Below are positions 11,180-23,692 of a DNA stretch of 64,000 nucleotides, piece after piece. Numbering within the stretch: the first letter of the stretch is position 1; each line of letters opens with the position of its first letter. The stretch lies in NCBI GenBank assembly GCA_050273025.1, contig CP158636.1:11904001-11968000 (forward strand). Direction: 5' to 3'. The position numbers and the translations under genes were made by a program. The notes below the pieces were generated by a model. It did no database searches. It saw only the letters and a list, made by a program, of their open reading frames with translations, and was not told the origin of the DNA. The stretch comes from Cenococcum geophilum. Its lineage: Eukaryota.

Positions 11180-13960
11180 CTTTACCCCTTTTAAATAGTT
11201 AGACTTTTACATTTTAAAGCCTAAGCCGCAATCTATAGGGCAAACTACTAATTTAAGAAAGCCCTAAATACTACCTACTCTCTTACTCGTTAATCTAAAA
11301 CGTACTAGCTCCTATATATTAACTAGCACCGGAACTAAGCCCTTATATACAGCCCTATACCTTAAGCCTATTACTTAGCTTAAAGTTAGGAGGATATTAA
11401 TATAATTTAGTACTCTAGGGCTTGCCAGCTTAGCTACTAAAACGTCTCTATATTTATAGTGGCCCACTAATAGATTTTTTTATAGGTAATTAGTGTTCCG
11501 TTCTTGCTTTCTAGGTTAATTAGCACCTCCGATTTTAGGCCTATATATATTTTTACTACCTCTAAACAATTAGGGTTAAACTATATTACAGTTAGCCCTC
11601 CACTAACCTTCGCTACGCATAACTATATATCCGCATTAAATTGCTAACGCCACCTTTTAATGCATTTAGTGTATTAGGTTCGGACCTATATATGCCCTTA
11701 TTATTCTAGTAAGACATTAGCCACATATAGCATACTTAACCTTTAACTGGTCTTCGACATGCATACAACATAGCGTATACTATTATTTTATCAGCCAATA
11801 CATTAATAGACCACTAAGTCCAGACCTCCAGAGCCAACATTCTTATTACTTACTATATCATATCTTCCTAGGGAGGTTCCTAATCCTAAGGATACTCTTA
11901 TAGCTACTCTTACAACTCTTAAAGCCGCCCCTATAGCGGTGAGATTTTAAGTCCTTGCCGCTAACTTTAATAAAAGCGTTTGCATAACTAATAGCAATTA
12001 CTCTATGCTTATTTATGTCGCAATGCCTCTTAGTAACCACACTATATTAAGTTTAGAGATCCTTCGTAATATAATTTATAAAGAAGGTATTAAGTACGCA
12101 GTTAGTGCGTATAATATTTCCGGTAAAGCCTATAAGAAGCTTTCTAATAAACTTACGGTTCTACGCTACTATCTAAGTATATATCCTTTAATAATATAAT
12201 TTTCTAGACTAATTACAATATAGAGTAAGGGGCAAAAACTAGAAAAGAAGCCTTTAAATAAGTACTTAAGGAATATATAGCAGAACAACGGAATAAAGGA
12301 TAGATTACATAGATGGCTAGAAAGCTTAGGCTATAGGAGTAGGTAAGCCGGCTTACTCGCTGCTAAATTAAGGGTGCTATATATTAGAGGCTACGGAAAT
12401 ACTACTATCCAATTATATAAAGGAATGTTTTGTAGGTGCACGGGAATAATTAGAAAATTTCATATAGACTATTAAGGAATATAGAGTCCTGTAAAACATT
12501 TTCGTCGTTATATTTTTAAGATAAGGTTTAAAATAAATAAGACTTAGTATAGCTTAGACGGAGGACCTAAGGTTATTGCATCTGCCATAAAGATTAATCT
12601 CATCTAAGAATAGCGTCTAAAATCTAGGGTAAATAATAGATTAGTCAGCTAGACACCGGGATTTTTCCACCTCTTTAAAGCCCTTTACTACTTCAACACT
12701 TATAGACCTTATCGTAGTACTACCCCCTAGCTACAGCTGTGAGAATCTTATCGGCTAGGGAATTTCGGGCACTGTGTATCGCGATAAACTTCAAAACGAG
12801 GTTATTAAAGCTCCAAATAACGCGAATTCTTAATACTTCATTAAAGTTAAAAAGGAGATCTATAAGAAACTCGGTTAATATAATAGACTCTTATAATACT
12901 ATAGCAGCGAACTTTTCTAAAAGAATAACTGTACGGCGATATATCTAGAACGCGCTCTAAACAGCTAGCTTTACGGGTTTCTTTAGGACAAAAGCAACGA
13001 CGTTAATTAAATTTTATAAATGCATTAGATTTTACAGCTTATAGACGTTCTTAAATATATTTACTCCAAATATATTATACACGGTAATATTTCGTGCTAT
13101 AATATTCTCTTAAATAAACATTTAAACGCAAAGCTAATTAACTTTGCTAGTTTATTAATTAATAGGTCTCCTCTTCTCGCTTTGTACTCTATTTAAGCCC
13201 AAGCTCCGTATCTAAGCACGCCTTAAAAGGACGAAATTTTTACCTTTAAATCGGCTTGTTATCACATCTTAATACATTATATTGCCTTTTATGAGCTTTC
13301 CGACAATAATATGGAAGATCGTTATAAATAAGGAATATTTCCCGAATTAAAGTCCCTAGGGGCCTTTAAAGTTATTATTAGAGGCTATTAAAACGGCAAA
13401 TATAACCACATAAATAACGTTATTAAAGAAATGGATAAGTAAGGTATATTTATAAAACTAGGAATTTTAACTATCTAAACTTATTCGTAGGTTTACGGAA
13501 TCCATCCCTAGTAACAGCGCCACGGCACTTCCTCTATACTCTTAAGGCTTTCCTTTTAACATTTACAAAATCTTATCTTTAGCTTAAAAATCTAAAGGCT
13601 TCTCTATCCAGATTTATACCTTACCCATTTTTTAGGCGTTATTAGCGTTAATAAAGATAAGTTTTATACTTTATAAGTCTATTAGTTTTACTATCCTTCT
13701 ATATAGTGTAATATACTAACTATCCTTTATTTAAAACATGCTAGATAATCTCTAGTTGCTAGCGAGCTCCTAAACTGCGCTATACTTTATGTTATAGGTA
13801 TTAGGTTAAGACACGCTTGCCTACCTTATATAATGGCGCTAGGGTAGGGTATAATGCGATTTATCTTTAAGGAATGTCTTGGTCTCTTCTAGTACTTTTT
13901 ATATTTAACAGTAATCTTAATAGATTAGCACATCTTAAGTATAGAGAAGTTTATAATTCG
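11180..13960 (-). pseudogene. RIP-inactivated large hypothetical gene(s)
   Basis: Extended frames (RRCFCPKETRKASCLERVL.., FLIIPVHLQNIPLYNWIVVF.., IIVYAMLYACRRPVKG..); family not identified; may be more than one gene. Confidence 0.35.
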
Positions 13961-14319
13961 ACGAATTCTTTTAAGTATATTAATGGTAAAAGAGAGGATT
14001 TGTAATATAAATAAATAGGTGCTATAATACCCAATAATATAATAGGTCTTACAACTTATAAGGCTCTGTTTTAATTAGATATATATAACACAGATAAGTT
14101 AGTAGCAAAATTTAGATAAAAACGGCTACATATAGCAATACCGCGTTAAGAAAATGCACTTAAACAATTAGACCACTAAATATAAACCCCAACTTTCTAT
14201 TTCCGCGGGACCAACCGAAATATAAGGATACGCCTAAGCTACTAGCCCCATCCCTTCTGCATAGCAACTCTGCCATTCATTTCCGCAACTTTAGAAAAAG
14301 AGTGCACCTATAATAATCT

Positions 14320-15464
14320 AGCTTTAGCTTATCGAACGCGTCTTTAGTAAGACTTAAGGGCATCTTTAAAATTTGAAAGCCCGCTCTTATAAACCTAGGT
14401 AGGCTTCCAAGCCACCTTATATTTGCGCCCTAACTTAGTTATTCTTTCCCCTAAAATATCGTTAATCTCCCATTCATTATCTAAGCTCACTTTATTAATT
14501 TTATCTTTTTTAGTCTAGGTATAACGCTTTACAGTAGGCTCTAGGTTTAAAACGTCGCTCTAGTTATTAGCGGCGCCACCGCTATTACCGTCCTTGTCCT
14601 TATTATAAGTATAATTACTAGCCTTATTATGCGGCGGTTTAGAGCTATAGAGAAGGGTAGGCTCCTAAAGCAAAGGGCTAGCGGGCCGTGGAGTAAATAC
14701 CACTTACTAGTTAACTTGCGGGTATTAAGAGTTGAGGTCGGGTATAGGGGGGCTAGAAGACAAGTCTTTGCAATAGGTGGGTGGCCTTTATTACTTCTAG
14801 GAACGCGGATTATTACCACCCTTACTACCCCTACTACTCTCTTTAGCAGGGTTGTTAGAATTATAATTAGTAACGTTATCCCGCTTAAGCTTCCGCTTCC
14901 TTAACATAAAGAATAATTTACCTCCTATATTCTCTTTCTTATAATTACCCTCCCTAATAAGCGGATTGTCTATATATTATAGTTATTAAGTTATAGTAAC
15001 AATATTTTTAATATCTATAACTTACCAATATTATCTATATTATTAGCTATTAAGGAGTCTTAGTTAGTTACCACATAGGTCTCTAACTTCTATATAGCCT
15101 AGGAGATAGTTATAACATTAATTCCCTTAGCTAGGCTATCCATTTCATTAACGTCTTCTACTATAGGTTTAAGATGGTTATACATAGATACGCCAAAGAG
15201 ATCTTCTAGCTCCTCTAAAGAAGGTAACCCCTTATCCTTATCGTCCTTATCGCTATAGTTATTTCCGCTACCTAATAATTGTTAAGCAAGGCCGTTATAT
15301 AGGGGGGAAGTATATACCTAACCTATAAGGTGCTAGTTAATCGCCAACTTTATTAGCTTTATTGTTAGTATTACTAGCTCTATCCCCTTTAGCTTTAGGT
15401 TCTAAGTCTAAGTCGGCTATATTATTTTTAATAAATATTAGATTCGCTGCTGCCCATTAGACAT
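14320..15464 (-). pseudogene. RIP-inactivated protein with C-terminal chromodomain-like fold
   Basis: ATG at 15464; acidic ..GLPSLEELEDLFG; 14475-14350 reads EWEINDILGERITKLGRKYKVAWKPT*V..ALKSY (W-E-I..IL..Y.V.W..TW chromo pattern); no integrase upstream. Confidence 0.65.
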
Positions 15465-15869
15465 ATTTATAGTTATTAGAAAAAGGAGGGGATAATTACT
15501 AAATTACCTTAATTACTTCCTTTAGCGTCTTAGCTGTTACTTATATTCTTATAAATATCTTTATACTTATTAAAAGCCTTAGGATCTACGGGTGCCTTAT
15601 TAGGTAGAATATTTAAAAAAGGCAATATAAAATAACTTGCCTAAGCATAACTAGGCCAAATATTTTACAGAATTATCTCTTAAAGGGAAGCGAGGTACTC
15701 TCCCCTTTTTCGTCCTCTTTTTAAGTATATTACTTACATTTAACTTAAAAGCCGTAATCGCATAATACTAAGAAGCCTTCAGTTTTTTAGGGGGTGTAGT
15801 ATAGAAATTAATATTATTAAGTAAAATTTGTAAATCAAAACGAAGGGGTTAAGAAGATGCCACTGTTAT

Positions 15870-17200
15870 TACCGCCATTATTATTAGAATTGTTATTGCC
15901 TTATACCTTTTTAATAGCCCTAAAGAACGGGTTACGCTAGGCTTTTAAGTCTATACTAGTCCCCTCTTCGCCACTAGCTTATATCCGCAGCATTTACACC
16001 AAAATAACCCTACTAACTTAATAGCGAATTAAAACGTGTAATCTACGCTCTATTAGCAATTACCGTTTATAATATATAAAGGTTTACATGGGCTTAAACT
16101 CTATTATAAGATTAACGCCTATTAGAAAACTATAATTAAGACCTAACTAACTAAGCTAGCACATTTAGCCTCTAACAGGGGCTTTACACCAAGCCTTCTT
16201 ATTAAGGAGGTTAGTGGTAAAGTGCCTCTACCCTTATTCCTTAAAGTTAAAGCTAGCGCTAATATATCCGTTTTCTAACCCGATTATACCAGTAAACTAG
16301 ATCTTCCGTGCTAGATCTTCTACAAGACCATAGTTCCTAGGGTTAGACAGGTAGGGGGCGTGCCGTAATTCTACTATAAGTATTAAAAGATACTCCGAGT
16401 AATAAGGGCATCCTTAAATCTCTCCCCTAAATCTAAGGAACTTCCTTAGTCACACTCTATAGAGCCTATAGCCGCTACTTAACCTCCTAAATATATACAA
16501 AAGCCTCGCTTTTATCCTTACCTATAGCCGGATGTTATAAATAACATAAGGGCCCAGATAGCGCGAGTAGATTAGGCAATTACGCCTATATCCATCTCAC
16601 TGCATCCTTTTAGCTAATGCAGCCACCGCATAAAGTCCGTCTCCGTTAGGAGATTAAATGCACGAATTTTTCTCTAGTATTTATTAGCTAAGAGCAAGAT
16701 TATAATACTAGCTCTACTAGAAGCCAGGCTATACTACTAGATAGGCCGTTTATCCCTAGATTCCACCTTATAAGTCTTAGGTCTATATAAAGGATATTTC
16801 TATATAACCTATACCTCCTCAGCTAAATAGGGAGCTAGATTAGACTAAAGCCCGGCGGCTTCTCTAATTGTAATACAATCCTCTAATTATTAGGGAAGAG
16901 TAAGGTTTAGGTCTAGGTTAAAAAAGTGCTAAGGAGGGCAAAGGCTTCCAGCTTCCGGCGGCGCAGCTTTAACTAAGCTAAGTAACTAGTATCAGCCTGT
17001 GGTTTTACTAAGGACCCACTTCGGCGTCTAGCTTTGCCTTTATTATAACGCTGTAATGTAACACTACCTAACGCGTCCCGCAGCTCGCAGCAGCTATAAC
17101 CCGTATAATCCATTACTAGGCGGTTCTTGGCATAGCCATTTATATCTATTCCAATAGGGATTAAGTTGTATATTATAGTTACATCTAAGACACTACTAGA
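15870..17200 (-). pseudogene. RIP-inactivated hypothetical gene (intron-containing)
   Basis: Frames PIGIDINGYAKNRLVMDY.., RKIRAFNLLTETDFMRWLH.., ARPYLSNPRNYGLVEDLARK..; GTAAA..GCTAATAG intron. Confidence 0.4.
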
Positions 17201-17663
17201 GGCGGAGGTAAAGAAGAGAATAAACGGAAATATTATTCCGGTATACTAATTGGTAGGAGACGTGGGCAGGAGAAAAGGAGAGAGAAGAGGAAGAAAGAAG
17301 GAATATGGTAGGACTAAAGCATGCGTTAACACTAGAAAAGAGTATAAATATATTCTATAAAAAGGGCTAAAGAGTTACAGCGCTAGGTGATTGTTAGTAT
17401 AAAACATACGGAGATTAGGGAAAGGGCAGAGCACCTATATAGACGCTAAGGGGATGGAAAATGCCTTATAGCTAACAGCTAGAGTCCAAGGTAGCACGGT
17501 AGCGGGAAAGAAAAGAGGAGATAGAGCATAAGGGCAAAAGCAGCGAGGGAGAAGGCCTTTTATGGTCGAGGTTAAGGTTGGGTCTTGGCCAAACTGGGGT
17601 GGGAAAGCGAGCGCGCCTTGCCCGTAAAGGAACCTCCATTTCCTAATACGTGGTCTCTATCTT

Positions 17664-18267
17664 ATTTTTTACTAAATAAAAGTATAGTAGTTACTAGCTA
17701 ATTATAATAATTAAATATAAAGAATCTAATAGGAGGCATTAGAAATAATAAAGGTTATTAGATTAAAGATAGGAATGCTATACCTCTAATTAATGACTTA
17801 GAGATAGGGGATATCTTTAAGGATAAAGATAAAGAGGAGGGAGATAGTATTACAAATCTTATATTAGCAGTAGTAGAGCTACTAAGGAGAGATATATATA
17901 GGTTAGTTATAATAGTATAGGAGGCGCTAAAACTAATTAAGCTATAGAATAAGGGGTAGCTAAATTATATAATATATTATATTATAAGTATAGAATATAG
18001 GAATATAGGAATATAGAAATATAGGATATATTAATATACTAATATACTAACGTACTTAGTATATTTCTTAGGCGCAGTCTTATATATTTAAAGGACTACA
18101 GTTCCTACCTAGATAGTTCTCTTTTTTATAGTAATTCTTAAAATATAATTAGAGTTAATCTATTAGGCAACCACTCTACTAGTTATTATTATTGTTTAAC
18201 TATTCTATACCTATATACCTAGCCTATTAATAAGTTAACCGTAGTATTTCTATAAGGCTTTATTATA
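17664..18267 (+). mobile_element. Truncated 3' end of Gypsy family C2: 3' region, polypurine tract (PPT) and 420-bp 3' LTR (17848-18267)
   Basis: PPT aaagaggagggagatag nearly identical to element C (44105-44122); LTR 3' half matches the C LTR. Confidence 0.85.
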
Positions 18268-18283
18268 GGGCCAGTATTTCTAT

Positions 18284-19091
18284 AAGTACTTTCCCTATTA
18301 GAAATAGTCCTGCGTATACCACTTAATCTATAGGTATTACTAGTCTAGCTCCCTCCTATATTACCTTAAAGTGCATTTATATTAGAAATCCCTTAAGTTT
18401 TAATCTCTCTCCTAAGAATTGTTTAATAGATAGTAACTTAACCTTAGCTGCGCCTATTCTATTAAGTCTTACTTTAAGTACCGCATTGTTATCTATTAAC
18501 TAATTAACTATTTCTTATAATTATCCGACCGTAACTAACTATAAGTTAGTGTCCGCTATACTAGTATCGCCGCTTGTCCTTAATATTATAGCTGCTATTA
18601 ATAGTATTATAGCCGCTACTTTTAGTATTATATTATTTTAACTTCTTCTACTATAACTATAGTAGTAATTATATAATAAAGCATTATAGGAATGCTATAG
18701 TTAACTCGTTAATAGGCTAGGTATATAGGCATAGAATAGTTAAATAACAATAATAACTAGTAGAGTGGTTGCCTAATAGATTAACTCTAATTATATTCTA
18801 AGAATTACTATAAAGAAGAGAACTATCTAGGTAGGGACTATAGTCCTTTAAATATATAAGACTGCGCCTAAGAAATATACTAAGTACGTTAGTACGTTAG
18901 TAAGTTAGTACGTCCCACGTTCCCACATTCCTACATTCCCACGTTCTAAACTTATAACGTAACGTATTATATAACTTAGCTACCCCTCATCCTATAGCTT
19001 AATCGGTTCTAGCGCCTCCTATACTATTATAACCAACCCGTACATATCTCTCCTTAGTAGCTCTACTACTGCTAATATAAGGTCCGTAATA
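18284..19091 (-). mobile_element. 5' end of a second family C2 copy: 5' LTR (18672-19091) and gag fragment
   Basis: 18672-19091 is the reverse complement of 17848-18267 apart from transitions; 18284-18650 translates like element C gag (..VVYAGLFLIGKVL). Confidence 0.85.
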
Positions 19092-19408
19092 GGCTCTATA
19101 TTATAGAATTAGAATTATAATAGGCCTTTCTATATAAAATTAGAAGCTCTATATAAGCTAACGCGGGCATAAAAATAGGAGAGGGGTAGAAAATAGATTA
19201 TTAAGGCGATAGTAAGGTTAGAGGCGCGCTAAGGCCCTCTATACTAACCTAGTACTAACCTAGGCCTTAAAAACGCGTCTAAAAAGTAGGGACTACTACC
19301 TAAGGGGGGGGGTAATATTGAGACGATATATTGCGGACCTTAGGGGGTTATACTAAGCCTAACCCGGACCTCCAATACCTACTTTTAGTCTATTAGTAAC
19401 CTTTTATA
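19092..19408 (+). mobile_element. 3' remnant of another Gypsy (F): PPT and 5' part of its LTR (from 19316); LTR probably resumes at 28422
   Basis: aaggggggggg-taa-tattgag has the same PPT/LTR layout as element B; joining 19408 to 28422 rebuilds TATAAATA followed by a pyrimidine tract. Confidence 0.5.
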
Positions 19409-19546
19409 ACATGCGGATTATTGGGGTCCGCTAACGAAAATTTTGACCTGAGTTTATAACTAATAAGCTGATTGATTAACCCAAAGCTTTAACTTATAGC
19501 CTTATTATATAGAGTTTAATTAATATATATATAGATAGGAGATTTT

Positions 19547-21335
19547 CCAGGGGGAGACCCCCTGGACCCCCCCTATATAGAGCTTTTACTTAATTTAAAA
19601 GTAGTAGTAAGGCTAAGGCGCCTTAGTTACTACTAGGTAGTATTATCTTGTTAAAAGGATCTACTATAGTAACCGAGGCGCCCTACTTAAGTTAGGCTTA
19701 ATTTAGAATATATTTATACCTCCGTCGTACTATGCTATAGGGGCTGCTTTACAGTAGGGGGTAAGCTTTAGGTAGAGGCTTGTGCAGAGCTTTGATAGAG
19801 GCTTATGTAGAGCTTAAAAGAGCCCCGTGTAGAGCTTTGGTAGAGCCTCATACAGAGCTTTGTACAGAGCTTTGTGCAGATATACAGACGTTTATACTGG
19901 CGATTAATTGCAGACGTTTGTAGAGATAATTGTATAGGCAATTGTATAGACGTTTAATTAATCGTTTATACGGGCGTTCGATTGATCGATTGTATAGGTG
20001 TTTAATTAATTGATTAACTAATTATATGGGAGTTTGTATAGGCGTTCGTATAGGCGTTCGTATAGACGATTGTACGGGCGATCGTGTAGACGTTCGTAGA
20101 GCCGTTTATAGAGCTGTTCGTGTAGACAATTATAGAGCCTTCCTATTATATCAGTGCTGCGTGTTAGTAGAGCTTTAGAGCTCCGTATTAAGCTTCGAGT
20201 AGAGCTTCGAGTAGAGCTTCGAGCTTAAGGGGGAGACCCCCTTGGACCCCCCTGCGCACTACGTGCTCCATTCACTACCTGGGCAGAGCTTTTGCAAAGC
20301 TTCTATAGAGCCATATGCAGGCGTGCAGACGTTCGTACAGACGACCAATCGTAGACGTTTAGATCAATCGTATGGCCGTTCGTACAGGCGATCATGCAGA
20401 CGTTTATGGAGCCGTTCGTAGAGCCATTCGTATGGCCAATTGTAGAACCTTCCTAGTATATTAGTACTGCGTATTTAGAGCTTTAGAGCTCCATATCAAG
20501 CTTCAAGTGGAGCTCCGAGTAGAACTTTAAGCTCAAGGGGGAGACCCCCTTGGACCCCCCCCTGCGCACTAAGTGCTCTATTTACTGCGTGGGCAGAGCT
20601 CTTACAGAGGCTTTTGCAGAGCTTCGTACGGAGGTTCGTGCAGAGCTTTTGTAGAGTTTTAGTAGAGCTCCATGTAGAGCTTTAATAGAGCTTCGAGTAG
20701 AGCTTCGAGCAGAGCTTTATATAGGCGATCATGCAGGCAATCGTGTAGGCGTTCGTGCAGGCGTTCGTGCAGACATTTGTAGAGAAAATCGTACAGAGGT
20801 TCGTACAGACGATTGTATGGGCGATTATAGACGTTTGTAGAGACGTTTATAGAGACGTTTATACGGGCGTCTAATTGATTATATGGGCGTTTAATCGATT
20901 GATCGTATGGACGTTTAATTGATCAATCGTATGGGCGTTTATACGGGCGTTCATATAGGCAATTAACCGATTGATTGTATGGGCGTTTGTACGGGCGCTT
21001 ATACGGCTAATTATAGAACCTTCCTAGTACATTAGGGCTGTGTATTAGTAGAGCTTTAGAGCTCCGTATTAAGCTTTAAGTGGAGATCCGAGTAGAGCTT
21101 TAAGCTCAAGGGGGAGACCCCCTTAGACCCCCCCTGCGTACTACGTGCTCCATTTACTGCGTAGGCAGAGCTCTTGCAGAGGCTTTAGTAGGGGCTTTGG
21201 TAGAGCTTTTAGTAGAGCTTTTACAGAGCTTTTGCAGAGCTTCGTACGGAGCTTCGTGTAGAGCTTTTGCAGGGCTTTGGTAGAGCTCGGTGCAGAGCTT
21301 TTGCAGAGCTTTGGTAGAACTCGATGTTTTGATGT
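19547..21335. repeat. Complex satellite: 11-12-bp GCAGAGCTTT and GGCGTTCGTA units plus a ~150-bp hairpin block x3
   Basis: Block starts at 20138, 20448, 21019; GGGGG-AGA-CCCCC at 19550, 20229, 20537, 21110. Confidence 0.9.
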
Positions 21336-22735
21336 TTTGATGTTCATCACGTGGATTCTGCTGCAACCTAACGTCTTAGCCACCCAAACGAAACAGCCAC
21401 CCACCCGAGACAGTGCACGGACCTCCTACCAAAATCAAAATTAATTTGACCTCAAAATCAACCTCAAAATCAACCCAAATCTACCCTATTATATAAATAC
21501 ACTATAATCCATTGGTAGTTCCTTCTAAACCTTCTTTGTAAAGGTAATAACCCCCCATAATACAGCCTTCCTTTCCTTTACCCTCTTCTCTTCCTACTCC
21601 TTTTAAAGCTTTTCCTTATTCTTCTTTTATACCTCTACTACTAATAAAACTCGTGCCTTCCTATAGGCAGCTTTTGTCTTATTACAACACTCCTTCTTCT
21701 ATCTTTTAAGAAGCTCCTAATTTGTTCGCTTAAGGATTGTATTATTAGCTACCGTACTTAATATAAACTGCCGAATATTATGCATAACTTAAGAATATAG
21801 AGGTAATGCACCTTACAAGAGCTGCCCAAATATTTTAGTAAGTCTTTCCTCTACGGAAGGAGACACGGGTATATTAAATTAGTGGCCATTCTTATCTGTA
21901 AAGCTTATATAGGAAGGAGTTATTAGCCGAATCTTTTCTAAAATAACCAAAGGATTGAATGGTAGAAGGCCAGTTACCTGCTATGCACTTATTATATTAG
22001 TTAATAATATAGCTTCGCATCGTATAGCTTAGTAATATTTAAGGAACTTAGGCTTAGTAATATTAACAGCTCTATAAAAGGCAAAGTTATAGATATGCTT
22101 TTAATAGGCTTTTAATAAGGGGCTGAATATACTAATATTTAGGGGTTAGAGTAGGTGTATTAAATAAGGTAGTAGATAGAGAGGGATAATCTTATAAGCC
22201 TCGCAATACTTAGCAAACTATATTAATACGTGGCTCTCGTATCCGTTAAGAATTAATAGGTGATAGATTCCTTAAAGGCGTGGCTCTATATATTAGTTAA
22301 AGTGTTTTAACTAATTAACTATAATATCCGAATTTGTCCACCCTAAATCGCTTACTTAAATTACTGTCTCGCGATTAAGTCTAGGTAATATCTAAGATCG
22401 TTATATTTGCTTCCCCTAAAAGATAAGGTAAAGAGGTAATTGATATTAATTTCTTAATATATATATCACATGTCTATACATTGCTTGGCCGAAAACCCTG
22501 CAACTTAGGTATTTAACTAGATGTTCAACACGGTTAACAGCATCATCGCTTGCAACTGCACTCAATAGGTCGTTCTTTTCATCATAGATTGCTTGCGATT
22601 AGTGTTCTGAGTAGCCTACATAATTTATTAAGGCCCATGACCGACTTTCTAGCCAATAGCACTCGCTCGAAAACTCCTCGCTTAACCGCCCTATTATCTA
22701 CCTCCTTATCTACTATCCCATCTACTAAACACACC

Positions 22736-23660
22736 ATAGTTTTATCTTTAGAAGAAAAAAGAGCTAGGAAATAAGACGAGAGGGCCTAATAACTCTATAA
22801 CCTAGAGATCTGAAAGAGAGAGTAGGAGGAATAGGCATAGATCTAAAAAACGGAATAGGAGGAATAGGTACGGATCCAAAAGACGGAATAGGAAGAGGAG
22901 TTTCACTAGGCAAGGCTAGCCGCTCTAAAGCAGCCTGCTTCACTAAAGCACCCCTCTACCGCCAAGGCGGACAAATTAGGTAAGTTCTATAACCTGCCGG
23001 AAGGCTTAGGCACGCTTAAGCTTAACCTCCCTGGCCTAGCTAGAAGAGACCTCTACAATATATAGAAAGGATCCTTCCGCCTAGAGAATCTAGCACGTCT
23101 ATAGGTACACTCTAGCCGCCTAGACCTCTCTAATGTGGCTACTATTAAAAACGGAAAACTTGTTTTAAAGAGACCTACTATTAGCCGCAAGGTCTACAAG
23201 AATAAGGAGGTCTGGTTTACTGGGTTTACAAACTATATAGTAATTATAAGTACTCTTTATATATGCCTAACTAACCTCTATATAAGGATATTACTCTAGA
23301 TAAATAAGATCTGCGACTACTTTATAACCTATAACTGGACCTTTATTCTAGACCTCGCACTTAACTACTATGGGTATATTATAGATCGCAATTAGCTTAA
23401 GCCTAGTAACTGGGACATGCCTATCTAGTTTAAGGCCCTATACTGCCGGGCGGCTAATATAAAGGCATAGAGCTAGGGGCTTAAAGTCCGTAGTATAGCA
23501 TTAAAGAGATCGCGAAAGAATACCTTCCCTCCCCCTACCTCTAATAAGCCCTGTTATAGCTAGAACAACTAGTAGGCTTATAGAGATAATTTATATTATT
23601 ACCGCTATATATACTCTAAATGCGATAAAGACTACCTATTAAAGTCGTGCCCTAGGTAGC
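22736..23660 (+). pseudogene. Ngaro ORF1 (gag-like) with C-terminal Cys/His finger
   Basis: RIP-stopped frame ending PCYS*NN..(C)..(C)(H)YR(H).(C)SKCDKD(H)..SC. Confidence 0.6.
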
Positions 23661-23692
23661 TTTCCGCCGTAAGTAGTTAGACCTAGGATTTA

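Noticed and set aside
12390..12460. IIPVHL..NWIVV looks like a Ulp1/SUMO protease motif
   Set aside because: His is not adjacent to Trp and no Q..N..DCG motif was found downstream
12700..13020. Cys-rich stretch as a CxC/KDZ or Plavaka transposase
   Set aside because: No catalytic transposase motifs could be read; left as unknown
14547..14904. ORF-track 90-aa and 91-aa ORFs
   Set aside because: Stop-free fragments or antisense shadows within the low-complexity part of the chromodomain pseudogene
19547..21335. CRISPR-like or telomeric array
   Set aside because: Eukaryotic context, no unique spacers, no TTAGGG tracts; it is a degenerate satellite
21141..21404. ORF-track 87-aa and 70-aa ORFs
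   Set aside because: Translations of the satellite and pogo TIR
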